In this document: one piece after another, positions 1 through 9,493 of the stretch
Layout: every line of letters starts with the position of its first letter
Numbering within the stretch: position 1 is the stretch's first letter
Assembly (NCBI GenBank): GCA_963737905.1
Contig: CAVTUQ010000025.1
Location: forward strand, 192,001-256,000
Length of the DNA stretch: 64,000 nucleotides
Origin: an uncultured delta proteobacterium
Lineage (GTDB): Bacteria; Desulfobacterota; Binatia; UBA9968
Direction of reading: 5' to 3'
Made by a program: the position numbers and the translations under genes
The notes under the pieces: generated by a model
The model's input: only the letters and a program-made list of their open reading frames with translations
What the model was told of the DNA's origin: nothing
Database searches by the model: none

Positions 1-1359
1 GGTAGCCAGAGCGAGAACTTCCGTCTCATCGAGCTTCGCTAAATGTCCGCCTTGTACGACTACTTCTCCATTAACAATCACGGTATCTACGGAGCTGCCG
101 TTTTCACAGAAAGCCAGCTGACTCATCACGTCGTTCAGCGGCGTGAAAGAAGGCGTATCCAGCCGGAGGAGAACCAAATCGGCTAGTTTGCCCGGCGCCA
201 AAACTCCGGCATCGAGGGCGAATGCGCGCGCACCGTTGCGCGTGGCCATAGCCAGCACCTGGGTTGGCATCACCCAATGGTTGAAGTCGGTGCCGGCTTG
301 GTTGTGAATCAACGCCACCAGTCGGAGGGCGTCGAACATATTCTGTCCATCATTAGACGCCGCTCCGTCCGAGCCCAGGGCTACCTGCACCCCTTTCGAA
401 AGAAAATCACGAACCGGCGCGAGTCCACTGCCGAGGCGCAAATTGCTCGCAGGATTGTGCACTGGCGTCGCGCCGCTTTTGGCGAAAAGTTCAATGTCCG
501 CAGTCTCGATCCAGATTGAATGCGCCGTTGAAAGATTGGGACCGAGGATACCCAACGAATCCAGGTGCTGAAGCAACGAAGTTCCGTACAGCCGTTTGCC
601 CATCACTGCCTGGGCTTTCGTTTCGGCGAGATGGATGTGGATCGGCAGCTTTCTTTTGTAGGCGATGTCCGCGGCCCCACGTAGAAGCTCATCCGAGCAA
701 CGCTGGACTGCCGACGGTCCCGGACAACAAGTCGTTAACCTATCCGGGTCATGAAACGTATCGATGAACTCCTCGCATTCGTCGAGCCAGGCTTGTGTCG
801 TCTTCGCTTCGCTCGCACTCATGAGTTTGATCTCTTCAGTCAGGTTTGACCCGGTTTTGCTTAATGGGATCGTTTCTTCATAGTTCTTGTCGGAAAGCGT
901 GAGCGAAATGACATGGCGCAACCCAAGATCGCGCATGGCTTGAATCGCCGCACCCGCGCCCATGAAGCGGCACATTTGATTGCCAAAGAAGTGATCGAGA
1001 ACTGTAGTCGCGCCGTTCTTGAGCATTTCCATCCCCCCAAGCAGGGCACTTGCGTAAAAATCCTCTTCGCGCATGTCACGCAGCGACGCGCGGTAGTAGG
1101 CGCGCCAAATCTCCAGGGGCTTGCTCGGCATCATGCCGCGTACGAGATTGGCCGGCGAGTGGCAGTGAGCATTGACCATGCCCGGCATGGCGATTCGCCG
1201 ATCGCCTTCGATGGTGATGTCGAAGGGACCGGATGGCGTCCATTCGGCGGGTCCAACATAAACTAGCTTGTTGCCATCGATAGCGACAGAGCCTTTTTCG
1301 ATGACTTCGCTCTGCGCGTTCATCGTCACAATGAGAGCGTTACGAATCAATATTTTCAT
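1..1359 (-). CDS. Metal-dependent amidohydrolase (AtzA/TrzA/MtaD-like), running off the left edge of the window
   Basis: Absent from the ORF track, presumably because its stop lies outside the window. Manual translation from ATG 1359: MKILIRNALIVTMNAQSEVIEKGSVAIDG...MPGMVNAHCH (HxH metal motif)...GGMEMLKNGATTVLDHF. GAGGT RBS upstream. Confidence 0.9.
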   Translation of the reverse strand, partial: MKILIRNALIVTMNAQSEVIEKGSVAIDGNKLVYVGPAEWTPSGPFDITIEGDRRIAMPGMVNAHCHSPANLVRGMMPSKPLEIWRAYYRASLRDMREEDFYASALLGGMEMLKNGATTVLDHFFGNQMCRFMGAGAAIQAMRDLGLRHVISLTLSDKNYEETIPLSKTGSNLTEEIKLMSASEAKTTQAWLDECEEFIDTFHDPDRLTTCCPGPSAVQRCSDELLRGAADIAYKRKLPIHIHLAETKAQAVMGKRLYGTSLLQHLDSLGILGPNLSTAHSIWIETADIELFAKSGATPVHNPASNLRLGSGLAPVRDFLSKGVQVALGSDGAASNDGQNMFDALRLVALIHNQAGTDFNHWVMPTQVLAMATRNGARAFALDAGVLAPGKLADLVLLRLDTPSFTPLNDVMSQLAFCENGSSVDTVIVNGEVVVQGGHLAKLDETEVLALAT

Positions 1360-1440
1360 GGCACACCTCGAGTTAGACCCAGTGAAACCAGGCGGAGAAA
1401 TAAAGCTGCGAAAAACAATTCTAAAGGGCAGGGAGAAGAG

Positions 1441-1499
1441 TCGTTGGGTTCCTCGTCTCCCGTTTTTAGTTAACTCGAAACCAGGAACACGAAACCCGA
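1441..1499. repeat. Degenerate heptamer tandem repeats (AACTCGA AACCAGG AACACGA AACCCGA) with a partly complementary left arm
   Basis: 7-nt periodicity at 1472-1499. The segment 1441-1465 is loosely reverse-complementary to it. Confidence 0.5.
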
Positions 1500-1521
1500 A
1501 GCCGTGGACAATGGATTGAGA

Positions 1522-2190
1522 TCACACAAAGCCCATCTTGCGGCCCCAATTCTCGGGGTCTTTGAGAAAATCGACTATCTGCTTGCTGGCGTTTTCAGCG
1601 AAGTAGCTCTTGCTGAGACCCGTGTCGAGCACATCGTCCCAGTTAGCGAGCACGTGCAGGTTGATGTCATTTTTCGCGAGGTTGTCTCTCCCCTCGTGCT
1701 GATTCAATCGGTCTGAGGCGTAGTCGAAGACGCACAGACAATGAGTCATCTTCGCTCCCGCCGCGCGAATACCGATGTTGAAGCGAAGCTTGCTCAATCC
1801 GTCCGTGATAAGATCTTCAACCAACAAGACTCTCTTCCCGGCTTCCAGAATCCCTTCGATCTGTTTTGAGCCACCATAACCTTTGGGTTGCTTGCGGATA
1901 TAGATCATCGGCTTCTTGATCAGATGAGAAACAAACGAGGCGTAAGGAATACCCGCCGTCTCTCCTCCCGCAACGATATCGATATTAGCCAAGCCAATGG
2001 CGGTTTCCGCCTTTTCGGCAAGCTCAGTTACGATGTACTCGCGCTCTTCGGGGAACGAAAGAATTTTACGGCAATCGATGTAGACCGGCGAGATTCGACC
2101 CGAGACAAAGACAAAAGGTTTGTCCTTGTAGACTTGGATGGCTTCCGTCCGAAGCAGCATCTCTGCAATTCTTTGGGCAACGTCGCTCAT
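1522..2190 (-). CDS. pyrE: Orotate phosphoribosyltransferase
   Basis: SGRISPVYIDCR, RKQPKGYG loop and PRPP motif VLLVEDLITDG. Confidence 0.93.
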   Translation of the reverse strand: MSDVAQRIAEMLLRTEAIQVYKDKPFVFVSGRISPVYIDCRKILSFPEEREYIVTELAEKAETAIGLANIDIVAGGETAGIPYASFVSHLIKKPMIYIRKQPKGYGGSKQIEGILEAGKRVLLVEDLITDGLSKLRFNIGIRAAGAKMTHCLCVFDYASDRLNQHEGRDNLAKNDINLHVLANWDDVLDTGLSKSYFAENASKQIVDFLKDPENWGRKMGFV

Positions 2191-2360
2191 AGAAAACTAC
2201 CCTTCGCGTCTCTGGAATACGCAGGCTATAACATAGCCCTTTCCCGTTTCCAACATTAGGATCACCTAACGAGCGCGGTTTTTATCACGGGATCTAAGCT
2301 GGTAGAATAGAATTTGTGAAATTGCGCCAAGACGTCCCGGCATCACCACTTTCAAACAAT

Positions 2361-3614
2361 ATGGCTATCAACAAGCGCCGTCTGCTCCGCGATCTTAATG
2401 CGGTGTCACGTATTGGCATCGGCGATCATGGTTCGGTTACAAGGCTGGTTTTTTCAATTAAGGAGTTGCGTAGTCGCCAATTTCTCATTCACCAAATGCG
2501 TCAAATCGGCCTGCAGATCCACATCGACCGGGTCGGCAATATTTTTGGGAGGCTGGATGGCCACAATGCGAAAACGCCCGCTCTCCTCGTCGGTTCGCAT
2601 CTGGACACGGTTCTCCATGGGGGAAAGTTCGACGGTACCATGGGTGTTATTGCAGCGCTCGAGGCGGTACGAACGCTCAAGGAAAAGCACTTTGCCTTAG
2701 CATCGCCCGTAGAAGTTGTTTGTTTTGTCGGCGAGGAGTCAAGCCGCTTCGGCTATTCGACTCTTGGGAGCAGCTTAGTCGCGGGAGAAGTTCACGCCAA
2801 GGACCTTGCCTATGCCGCGGATGCCCAGGGAACCAAACTGTCGGATATCTTGGCGAGCATGGGCATCTACCGAAACAACCTAAGATCCATGCGTCGCGAC
2901 CCATCTACCATCAAGGCTTATCTGGAGCTGCACATTGAACAAGGACCCATTCTGGAAGCAAAAAGAAAGTCCATTGGTGTCGTCACCTCCATCGCGGCAC
3001 CGACCCGATTTAGAGTTGTGTTCGCCGGTCAAGCCGATCACTCCGGCACGACTCCAATGGAGATGCGCAAAGATGCTCTTGCGGGAGCCTCCGAGTTCAT
3101 CGTCGCCCTGGAAAAAATTTGTCGTCAATACTCGCGGATGGAGAAAGGCCGGGTGGTCGGCACCGTCGGCGCGATAAAGATCGAGCCCGGAGTGATTAAC
3201 GCGATCCCAGGGAGAGCCGAACTTTCAGTCGACATCCGTAGCATCACCGCAGATGCCAAAAGACGAGTGGTCCGGTTGGTTCACGCTCGAATCCGCCAAA
3301 TCGCGCGGCGCAGAAAGATCCAAGTCGAGATCTTGCCCTTGCGCGAAGAAGACCCCGTTCCCCTGGATAAAAGACTCATTCGTCTGCTAAAAGAGTGCTG
3401 CGAGTCGAGAAATATCGCGTATGAAATTATGCCTTCGGGAGCTGGGCATGATGCCATGCAGATGGCCAAGGTTACGCCCGCCGGAATGCTGTTCATTCCC
3501 AGTCGGCGCGGCATCAGTCATAGTCCGTTGGAATGGTCCGAGCCAGAGGACATCTGCTTGGGTGCGCAACTGCTATTGGATTCCATAATTCGAGTAGCCA
3601 ATGAAACGACCTAA
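2361..3614 (+). CDS. M20 Zn-dependent N-carbamoyl-amino-acid amidohydrolase (beta-ureidopropionase/allantoate amidohydrolase family)
   Basis: GSHLDTV, GGKFDG, EESSRF, ELHIEQG, GAGHDA and GISHSP motifs. ATG 2361 is preferred over GTG 2316. Confidence 0.9.
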   Translation: MAINKRRLLRDLNAVSRIGIGDHGSVTRLVFSIKELRSRQFLIHQMRQIGLQIHIDRVGNIFGRLDGHNAKTPALLVGSHLDTVLHGGKFDGTMGVIAALEAVRTLKEKHFALASPVEVVCFVGEESSRFGYSTLGSSLVAGEVHAKDLAYAADAQGTKLSDILASMGIYRNNLRSMRRDPSTIKAYLELHIEQGPILEAKRKSIGVVTSIAAPTRFRVVFAGQADHSGTTPMEMRKDALAGASEFIVALEKICRQYSRMEKGRVVGTVGAIKIEPGVINAIPGRAELSVDIRSITADAKRRVVRLVHARIRQIARRRKIQVEILPLREEDPVPLDKRLIRLLKECCESRNIAYEIMPSGAGHDAMQMAKVTPAGMLFIPSRRGISHSPLEWSEPEDICLGAQLLLDSIIRVANETT

Positions 3615-4140
3615 AACCGTACGAATCCTGAACGCTCCGGACATTAAGACAAATCTAGAGCGTATGGCCCATTCAATCCTTCGTCAAAACAAAGCGTTGG
3701 ACTCGCTCGGATTTATCGGCATCCGGACCCGCGGCCTTTTCCTCGCCAAACGGCTGTGTGAGATTATAGAAAAGTCAAATGGCAAAGAAGTGCCCCTCGG
3801 AGAAATGGACATCACGCTATACCGAGATGATCTCAACGCTCTTCTGCCCCACGGCAAGGTGGATCACACGCAAATTCCCTTCGATATTAATAACAAGACG
3901 ATCATCTTATTTGACGACGTATTACACACAGGCCGGACGGTACGCGCGGCGGTAGACCATCTCATCGATCTAGGCCGCCCCAAAGCTATTCATCTTGCGG
4001 TGCTGATTGATCGCGGCGGACGTGAATTTCCCATCGCCGCCAGTTTCATCGGCAAGAAGATCAACTTACCAGGGAAGGGCGAGGTTCGATTGAAACTGAG
4101 GGAAGTAGATGGCAAAGACGAAGTCGTAGTCACCAGATAA
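3601..4140 (+). CDS. pyrR: Bifunctional pyrimidine regulator / uracil phosphoribosyltransferase
   Basis: GIRTRG, DITLYRDD, DDVLHTGRT and AVLIDRGGREFPI. Confidence 0.92.
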   Translation: MKRPKTVRILNAPDIKTNLERMAHSILRQNKALDSLGFIGIRTRGLFLAKRLCEIIEKSNGKEVPLGEMDITLYRDDLNALLPHGKVDHTQIPFDINNKTIILFDDVLHTGRTVRAAVDHLIDLGRPKAIHLAVLIDRGGREFPIAASFIGKKINLPGKGEVRLKLREVDGKDEVVVTR

Positions 4141-4238
4141 CGCCAATTCCATCTTTCCAGGAAACTGTTTCAAGTAGAAGTGAAAATCGAAAAGATCAAT
4201 GGCGATCTGGAACTGACAGAGCGAAAAACCGTCAACTA

Positions 4239-4940
4239 TCAGGCTACCCGTTCGAGAGTCATTCGACGTCTCAGAACTAAGGCCATGACGTCGCAGCCCT
4301 TACAGTGTGTCTCGATAAACCGACGAAGCGAAGCGAGTTCCACAGGCAAGAAGTATAGCGTACACCTCTCTGTGAGGGCATCGAGAACACTGCTATCAAC
4401 GGTCCCGTAAGAAATCGAGTCGTCCGTGTATGAGATTTCGCTTATTTGAATGCGACGTGGATCGAGGGTTTTCACCACTTCCTTGATCAATCCGATGAAC
4501 AAGTTGATCTTGTCATCATCGGGGCAAGTTGCGGGCGCCCAAGAAAAGTGATTTTTCATTTCTTTCTTAATTTCGTTTTCTTGAATCTCGACCGTTAGGT
4601 CCGTCTCTGTCAGGCGACCGCGAACGAATTCATAGCTCATGGGTTCCTGAATGCTCTTTCGCGAACGGCGCAGAATATAGCGGTCGTGACCGTTGGTCAC
4701 CTCGATATAACCGACACTCATGGGATCCAGTGGCGAGCCACCAGGGAAGAGTTTCTCGCCGCTAGCCCTTAGAGGTTCTAAGCGATGGCCAGCGTGTTGT
4801 GTCATAAACAACCGCCAATCATCGGTTTCCTGTGCTTCGACTGCATCACCTACAAAAACAAAAGCCGGAGCTTTATCAAACGGAGAAACGTGATGGATAG
4901 CGTCACAGACACAGCAATGGATAAACTTTTCGCTACCCAT
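4239..4940 (-). CDS. Hypothetical protein with CxxC...HxxH putative metal-binding motif
   Basis: 233-aa ORF overlapping the upstream kinase by 8 nt. Contains HCCVC near the N-terminus, HAGH and a C-terminal HCKGC. Confidence 0.75.
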   Translation of the reverse strand: MGSEKFIHCCVCDAIHHVSPFDKAPAFVFVGDAVEAQETDDWRLFMTQHAGHRLEPLRASGEKLFPGGSPLDPMSVGYIEVTNGHDRYILRRSRKSIQEPMSYEFVRGRLTETDLTVEIQENEIKKEMKNHFSWAPATCPDDDKINLFIGLIKEVVKTLDPRRIQISEISYTDDSISYGTVDSSVLDALTERCTLYFLPVELASLRRFIETHCKGCDVMALVLRRRMTLERVA

Positions 4941-6054
4941 ACTTGCGCTGCTCCGTGAGCAGGGGAGCCGCGACGCTCGCCTGGGAAGGAAATTTCATCA
5001 GGACGCGAGTGCCTCTGCCCGCTTCACTGTTGATTTCTAGCATTCCACCGATGAGCTCAGCCATCCGGCGCGCGACCGTGAGCCCTAAACCCAACCCGGC
5101 GAAGGAGCGGTGAGACGATGTATCGACCTGGTGAAATGGCTCAAAGATCGAGTCCATCTTATTTTTTTCTATACCGATCCCTGTGTCTGTAACTTCGAAC
5201 TCAATACTCGAATGGTCAGCCGTGGGACGAGCCTTGACTCTAATTTCCCCCTGAGCTGTGAATTTGATTGCGTTGTTAAAAACGTTCTGAAAGATCCTTT
5301 CGACCTTAGAGCGATCACTGACAATTGAAATTCCGGTATCAGCCATTTCAATCGAGAGCGCGAGTCCCTTCTCGGCCAGGATCCGCTCGTATCGCTTGAC
5401 CGCTTCACGCACGACTTCACGGGCGTCGAATTTTTCGATGGTTGCTGTCGCATCGCCGGCGTTGAGAGAAGTCATCCAGAGCACATTATCGATGAGTTCC
5501 AATAATTCCTCGGAGTTACGGTAGACGGTTTCCAAAACCTTTTGTTGCTCCTCGCTCAGTTTGCCAATCACCTGGTTCAGGAGCAGGTAAACAAAACCCA
5601 CCACCACACTCAGGGGAGTTCTCAGCTCATGTGAAATATTAGAGAGAAAATCCGATTTGACCTGTCTTAACTTGCTCTTCGCATTCCGGCGCTCAAGCCC
5701 GCGGCGAACCAGAGATAGGATGTGATTTACATCAAAAGGTTTGGAAATATAGTCAAATGCGCCCAGGCGCAACCCCTCGATCGCCGTATCCAAGGACCCA
5801 TACCCGGTGATGATTATTGCTTCGATATCCGGATCGTACTCCTTCAGCTTTTCGAGCACATGGATTCCTGAGACCCCGGGCATTTTGAGGTCCAACGTCA
5901 CGAGATCGACCGGAAACTTGCCGAGCATTTCAACTGCCTGTCCACCGCGCTCCGCAACGTGTACGTTATAATAGGGGTTGAGAATCATCTTTAATGATTC
6001 CCTGGGACCCATTTCGTCGTCGACAACAAGAATGTGAGGCTTGCTTGTATCCAT
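4933..6054 (-). CDS. Cytoplasmic hybrid response regulator / histidine kinase (REC-HisKA-HATPase)
   Basis: VVDDE, LDLKMP, SKPF; SHELRTPL; NNAIKF, DTGIG, GLGLGL. Confidence 0.93.
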   Translation of the reverse strand: MDTSKPHILVVDDEMGPRESLKMILNPYYNVHVAERGGQAVEMLGKFPVDLVTLDLKMPGVSGIHVLEKLKEYDPDIEAIIITGYGSLDTAIEGLRLGAFDYISKPFDVNHILSLVRRGLERRNAKSKLRQVKSDFLSNISHELRTPLSVVVGFVYLLLNQVIGKLSEEQQKVLETVYRNSEELLELIDNVLWMTSLNAGDATATIEKFDAREVVREAVKRYERILAEKGLALSIEMADTGISIVSDRSKVERIFQNVFNNAIKFTAQGEIRVKARPTADHSSIEFEVTDTGIGIEKNKMDSIFEPFHQVDTSSHRSFAGLGLGLTVARRMAELIGGMLEINSEAGRGTRVLMKFPSQASVAAPLLTEQRKYG

Positions 6055-6067
6055 GCCCGCGGCTTAC

Positions 6068-6083
6068 AGCAAGGAGCATGCCA
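6068..6083 (-). promoter_or_regulatory. Sigma54 (-24/-12) promoter
   Basis: Minus strand reads TGGCATGCTCCTTGCT, with GG and GC at canonical spacing. It lies just downstream of an NtrC-type activator gene. Confidence 0.8.
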
Positions 6084-6174
6084 ATGAATAGGAAAAGCCC
6101 AAATGACGAATTTACAAGCGTAATTTTAAGCCAAGGAAAGGAATAGAGAGAGTTAAGGGAACAATTTTGTCCAA

Positions 6175-7581
6175 TTAGGTCGATAATTTGACTTCCTCAC
6201 CCCCGTCATTAGGTTCGTGGATTTTTAGTTTCTCGATCCGGTACTTAAGAATACGACGGCTGGTTCCGAGAAGTGAAGCGGCTTTGGTCTGATTGAAGCC
6301 GGTTCGTTGGAGAGCCTTAACGATGAGTTCGCGTTCAAATTCGTCTACAGCTTCGCTTAACGGTTTCGAACCACTCAGTACATCCTCTTTGAGCGTCGCG
6401 GTCTGATCCGTGGAACGCATCCCCGCCGGCAGATCCCGCAACATGATCGTTTCGTGTGGCGTAAGGATCGTCAGCCTTTCGATCAGGTTCTCCAGTTCCC
6501 GAATATTTCCAGGCCAGTAGTACGATGTGAAAAAATCCACCACCTCCGGAGACAGGCTTTTGGGCGCCATAGAATGCTCTTGCGCCTTGAGTCTTAAGAA
6601 ATGATCCAAAAGCAGCGCTATGTCTTCGGGCCTTTCCCTCAGGGGAGGGAGGTAAAGCGAAACGACATTGAGCCGGTAGAAAAGATCAGGACGGAACTCC
6701 CCAGCCTTGGCCATCGTTTCCAAATCGCGATTACTGGCAGCGATAACTCGGACATCAACTTTGATTTCATCCGTGCCACCGAGACGGGTAAACGTTTCCT
6801 GCTCTATAGCGCGTAGGAACTTCGCCTGAGTCCCGAGATTGAGTTCACCGATTTCATCGAGAAAAAGCGTCCCCGCATGGGCGAGTTCGAAGCGACCTAC
6901 CTTCTTCTGCGAGGCGTTTGTAAAGGCGCCTTTCTCGTAGCCAAACAATTCACTCTCGATCAAAGTGTCGGGGAGAGCCGCGCAGTTCACCACAACGAAC
7001 GGCTTGGAGCGCCGATCACTATTGTAGTGAATCGCCCGTGCGATCAGCTCCTTCCCCGTTCCACTTTCGCCGGTAATCAGCACCGTGCTTTTTTTGGCCG
7101 CAACCATGCTGACCGCCTTAAACACATCGATGATCTGTTTGGATCGCCCGATGACGTGCTCAACCCCGTACTTGCGGCCGACTTCCTCCTTCAACCGCTC
7201 CAGTTCCCTGAATAAATGGACTTTCTCGAAAGCATGCTCGACTCGCAGGCGCAACTCCTCCACATCGAAGGGCTTGGTCACGTAATCGAAAGCCCCTGTG
7301 CCTTTGGCTGTAAAGGCCGTTCGCGCGGTGTTGAGAGCAGTCAACATGATGACCTGACAATCGGTATGGATCGACCTCATTTGTTTGAGGACGGCCAGAC
7401 CATCGGCACCCGGCATGACAATATCCAACAAAACTACGTCGGGTTTTTCATCCGCAAGCTTCTGAATCGCCTCGTCGGCCGATGTGGCTTCTAAGACACG
7501 ATAAAGCTTGTTAAAAACAAGCTGCAGCGATTGTCTCACTCCAGCCTCGTCATCGACGACTAGCAATAAGGGTTGGCTCAT
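6175..7581 (-). CDS. Sigma54-dependent response regulator (REC-AAA+-Fis HTH, NtrC/AtoC family)
   Basis: GESGTGKE, ESELFG, GAFTNA, LFLDE, FYRLNV, WPGNIREL and NQTKAASLLG. Confidence 0.95.
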   Translation of the reverse strand: MSQPLLLVVDDEAGVRQSLQLVFNKLYRVLEATSADEAIQKLADEKPDVVLLDIVMPGADGLAVLKQMRSIHTDCQVIMLTALNTARTAFTAKGTGAFDYVTKPFDVEELRLRVEHAFEKVHLFRELERLKEEVGRKYGVEHVIGRSKQIIDVFKAVSMVAAKKSTVLITGESGTGKELIARAIHYNSDRRSKPFVVVNCAALPDTLIESELFGYEKGAFTNASQKKVGRFELAHAGTLFLDEIGELNLGTQAKFLRAIEQETFTRLGGTDEIKVDVRVIAASNRDLETMAKAGEFRPDLFYRLNVVSLYLPPLRERPEDIALLLDHFLRLKAQEHSMAPKSLSPEVVDFFTSYYWPGNIRELENLIERLTILTPHETIMLRDLPAGMRSTDQTATLKEDVLSGSKPLSEAVDEFERELIVKALQRTGFNQTKAASLLGTSRRILKYRIEKLKIHEPNDGGEEVKLST

Positions 7582-7600
7582 TTCTCGCTTCTTTTCTAAT

Positions 7601-9493
7601 TCAAGCAATTAGGAACTCCATTTTCAAAAGGTCTTTTTCGGTGTCCGAATAGTCGAGGGTCATATGGCCGCCGTTGCGCTCGACCAGTTGTTTTGCGAGC
7701 AGGATGCGTAAGGAGAGTACGGTTTCGCTCGGGCTCGACGACGATTTATCGAAATAATGCGTGATCGACGCGACACGCCCCACTTCACGAAAATATGAGA
7801 TTGCAACGCATCCTTGTTTCTCGACGTTGATCTCAATTTCGCTTCCCATTTTTGCCTGCGACAGTACCGCCAACAGCACGTTCTTCAGAATGTACTTGAC
7901 CTGAGTTTCGTCGGCTTTAATTTCACGGCTATAGCCATTCCCTTTCCAAGTGATTTGGGCCTGCCTCCGGGCACATTCGTTGCTGAGTTCATTTAACGCT
8001 GAGCGAAGTTTTTCCTGCAACGCCACCTTGCTCCAACGGGGCTGCGCGAAGTCGGCAAACTCGATCATCAGCTCAAGCAGGTCATCCATCCGTTCGATAT
8101 CGCCGCCCACGACATCTTGGAAACGGGCCCGGAAATTCTCGTCCTGGTACCTGTCCGTTAGCAGCTGTGCAAAGGTTTTGATGGTGACCATCGGGTTCTT
8201 TAATTCATGGGCTAGCTCATGGATCAAAACGCTTAGGTCCTCTCTTTGGGCATGACTATTCTCTGTGCTAGCCTCCGCGTAGACGCCGTTAAGGGGTTGC
8301 GTCAGACTTTCGGCCCTATCGAGATCGCTTTTTTCTTGAACTTCTGAATGGACCAAGGCTTCAAACGCGGGGATCTCTGGCAATTCTCCCGGCGCCGAAA
8401 AATCGAAAATCAGATCGGCTGCTTCGACCCAGCTCTTCCGTTGCAAGGCCAGCGTCCGGGCGATGACTGTCTCCATTTCGTTTAAGTTTCCAAACCAAAG
8501 GTAGTTGCTGAGACGCTCGTTAGCACCTGCGGAAAGACTCACTTCTCCCAAGCCGAGATAGCTGGCATAAAACTGGCAAAACCAACTGGCGATTGCCGGT
8601 ATATCCTCCCGTCGCTCCCTTAGCGGCCGAAGCGACAATTTCAAGGTGGCGAGCTTATAATAAAGAGACTCCAATAACTCATCCCGATAAACTTTCTCCA
8701 AGATATCGACCCGCGCCGTTGTGATAAGACGGCACTTGCCGAATTTGGCTTCCTCTTCTTCTAAGAAATTCAAGAGTTCCGCCTGGCAGGCTAACGAAAG
8801 CCAATCGACATTCTCAATGATCAATGTAACCGGCGGCGCTTCGCTGCTACGACACCATGACAGTTGAAGGCTCTTTTGATCCAAATAGGCATTGTTGATC
8901 TCGGCCGCATTCAATGAAACCCAGCTACCGAAACGAGCCCCTAAAAAATGAATCCCACGGGCCACGCGTTCCTGACCGCAACCAATCTCCCCCGAGATCA
9001 AAATTGGCAAGCCGGTGACTGCAAACCGATGAACCAGGCTGGCCGCGGCTCGAGCAAGATAAGGGAATTCAAGGTACCGGGTAAACTCTCCTCGAGGCTC
9101 GACTCCAGGATGGTAAAGAGCCTCGGATAGAATGTTTCTGCGGGCTAAGAGTTGCCCCACCTTCTCTTTTAATTCATAGGGGCTAAAGGGCTTGGCTAAA
9201 CAGCCAACCCTTTCTCGGTCATCGATCGCCCTTGCAGCTGATTTCGAATCCACCAGAAACAAAACCGCGAAGGGCGCTTTGTCCGCAAATCTCAAGAGAC
9301 TAGAGGGCTCCTTCCCGATAGCTGGTGTGACGCCGAGAATTAGTAGGTCCACATCGCGGTCAGTTTCAGCAAACGAAAAGGCGCCTTTTCCAAAAGGCCT
9401 CTTTGCGACGACAAACTCCCGCCCCAAGATAAGGGCCAGGGTCTCCCGCACGACCTCAGACTCCTCAATGACTAAGATTCGCTTCGTTTGCAT
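7601..9493 (-). CDS. Fusion of degenerate receiver, degenerate sigma54-activator AAA+ domain, HisKA (DHp) and degenerate HATPase
   Basis: REC with LLILG in place of the phospho-Asp; ISGEIGCGQE; PLRERREDIP; WFGNLNEM; LAHELKNP; no G boxes. Confidence 0.8.
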   Translation of the reverse strand: MQTKRILVIEESEVVRETLALILGREFVVAKRPFGKGAFSFAETDRDVDLLILGVTPAIGKEPSSLLRFADKAPFAVLFLVDSKSAARAIDDRERVGCLAKPFSPYELKEKVGQLLARRNILSEALYHPGVEPRGEFTRYLEFPYLARAAASLVHRFAVTGLPILISGEIGCGQERVARGIHFLGARFGSWVSLNAAEINNAYLDQKSLQLSWCRSSEAPPVTLIIENVDWLSLACQAELLNFLEEEEAKFGKCRLITTARVDILEKVYRDELLESLYYKLATLKLSLRPLRERREDIPAIASWFCQFYASYLGLGEVSLSAGANERLSNYLWFGNLNEMETVIARTLALQRKSWVEAADLIFDFSAPGELPEIPAFEALVHSEVQEKSDLDRAESLTQPLNGVYAEASTENSHAQREDLSVLIHELAHELKNPMVTIKTFAQLLTDRYQDENFRARFQDVVGGDIERMDDLLELMIEFADFAQPRWSKVALQEKLRSALNELSNECARRQAQITWKGNGYSREIKADETQVKYILKNVLLAVLSQAKMGSEIEINVEKQGCVAISYFREVGRVASITHYFDKSSSSPSETVLSLRILLAKQLVERNGGHMTLDYSDTEKDLLKMEFLIA

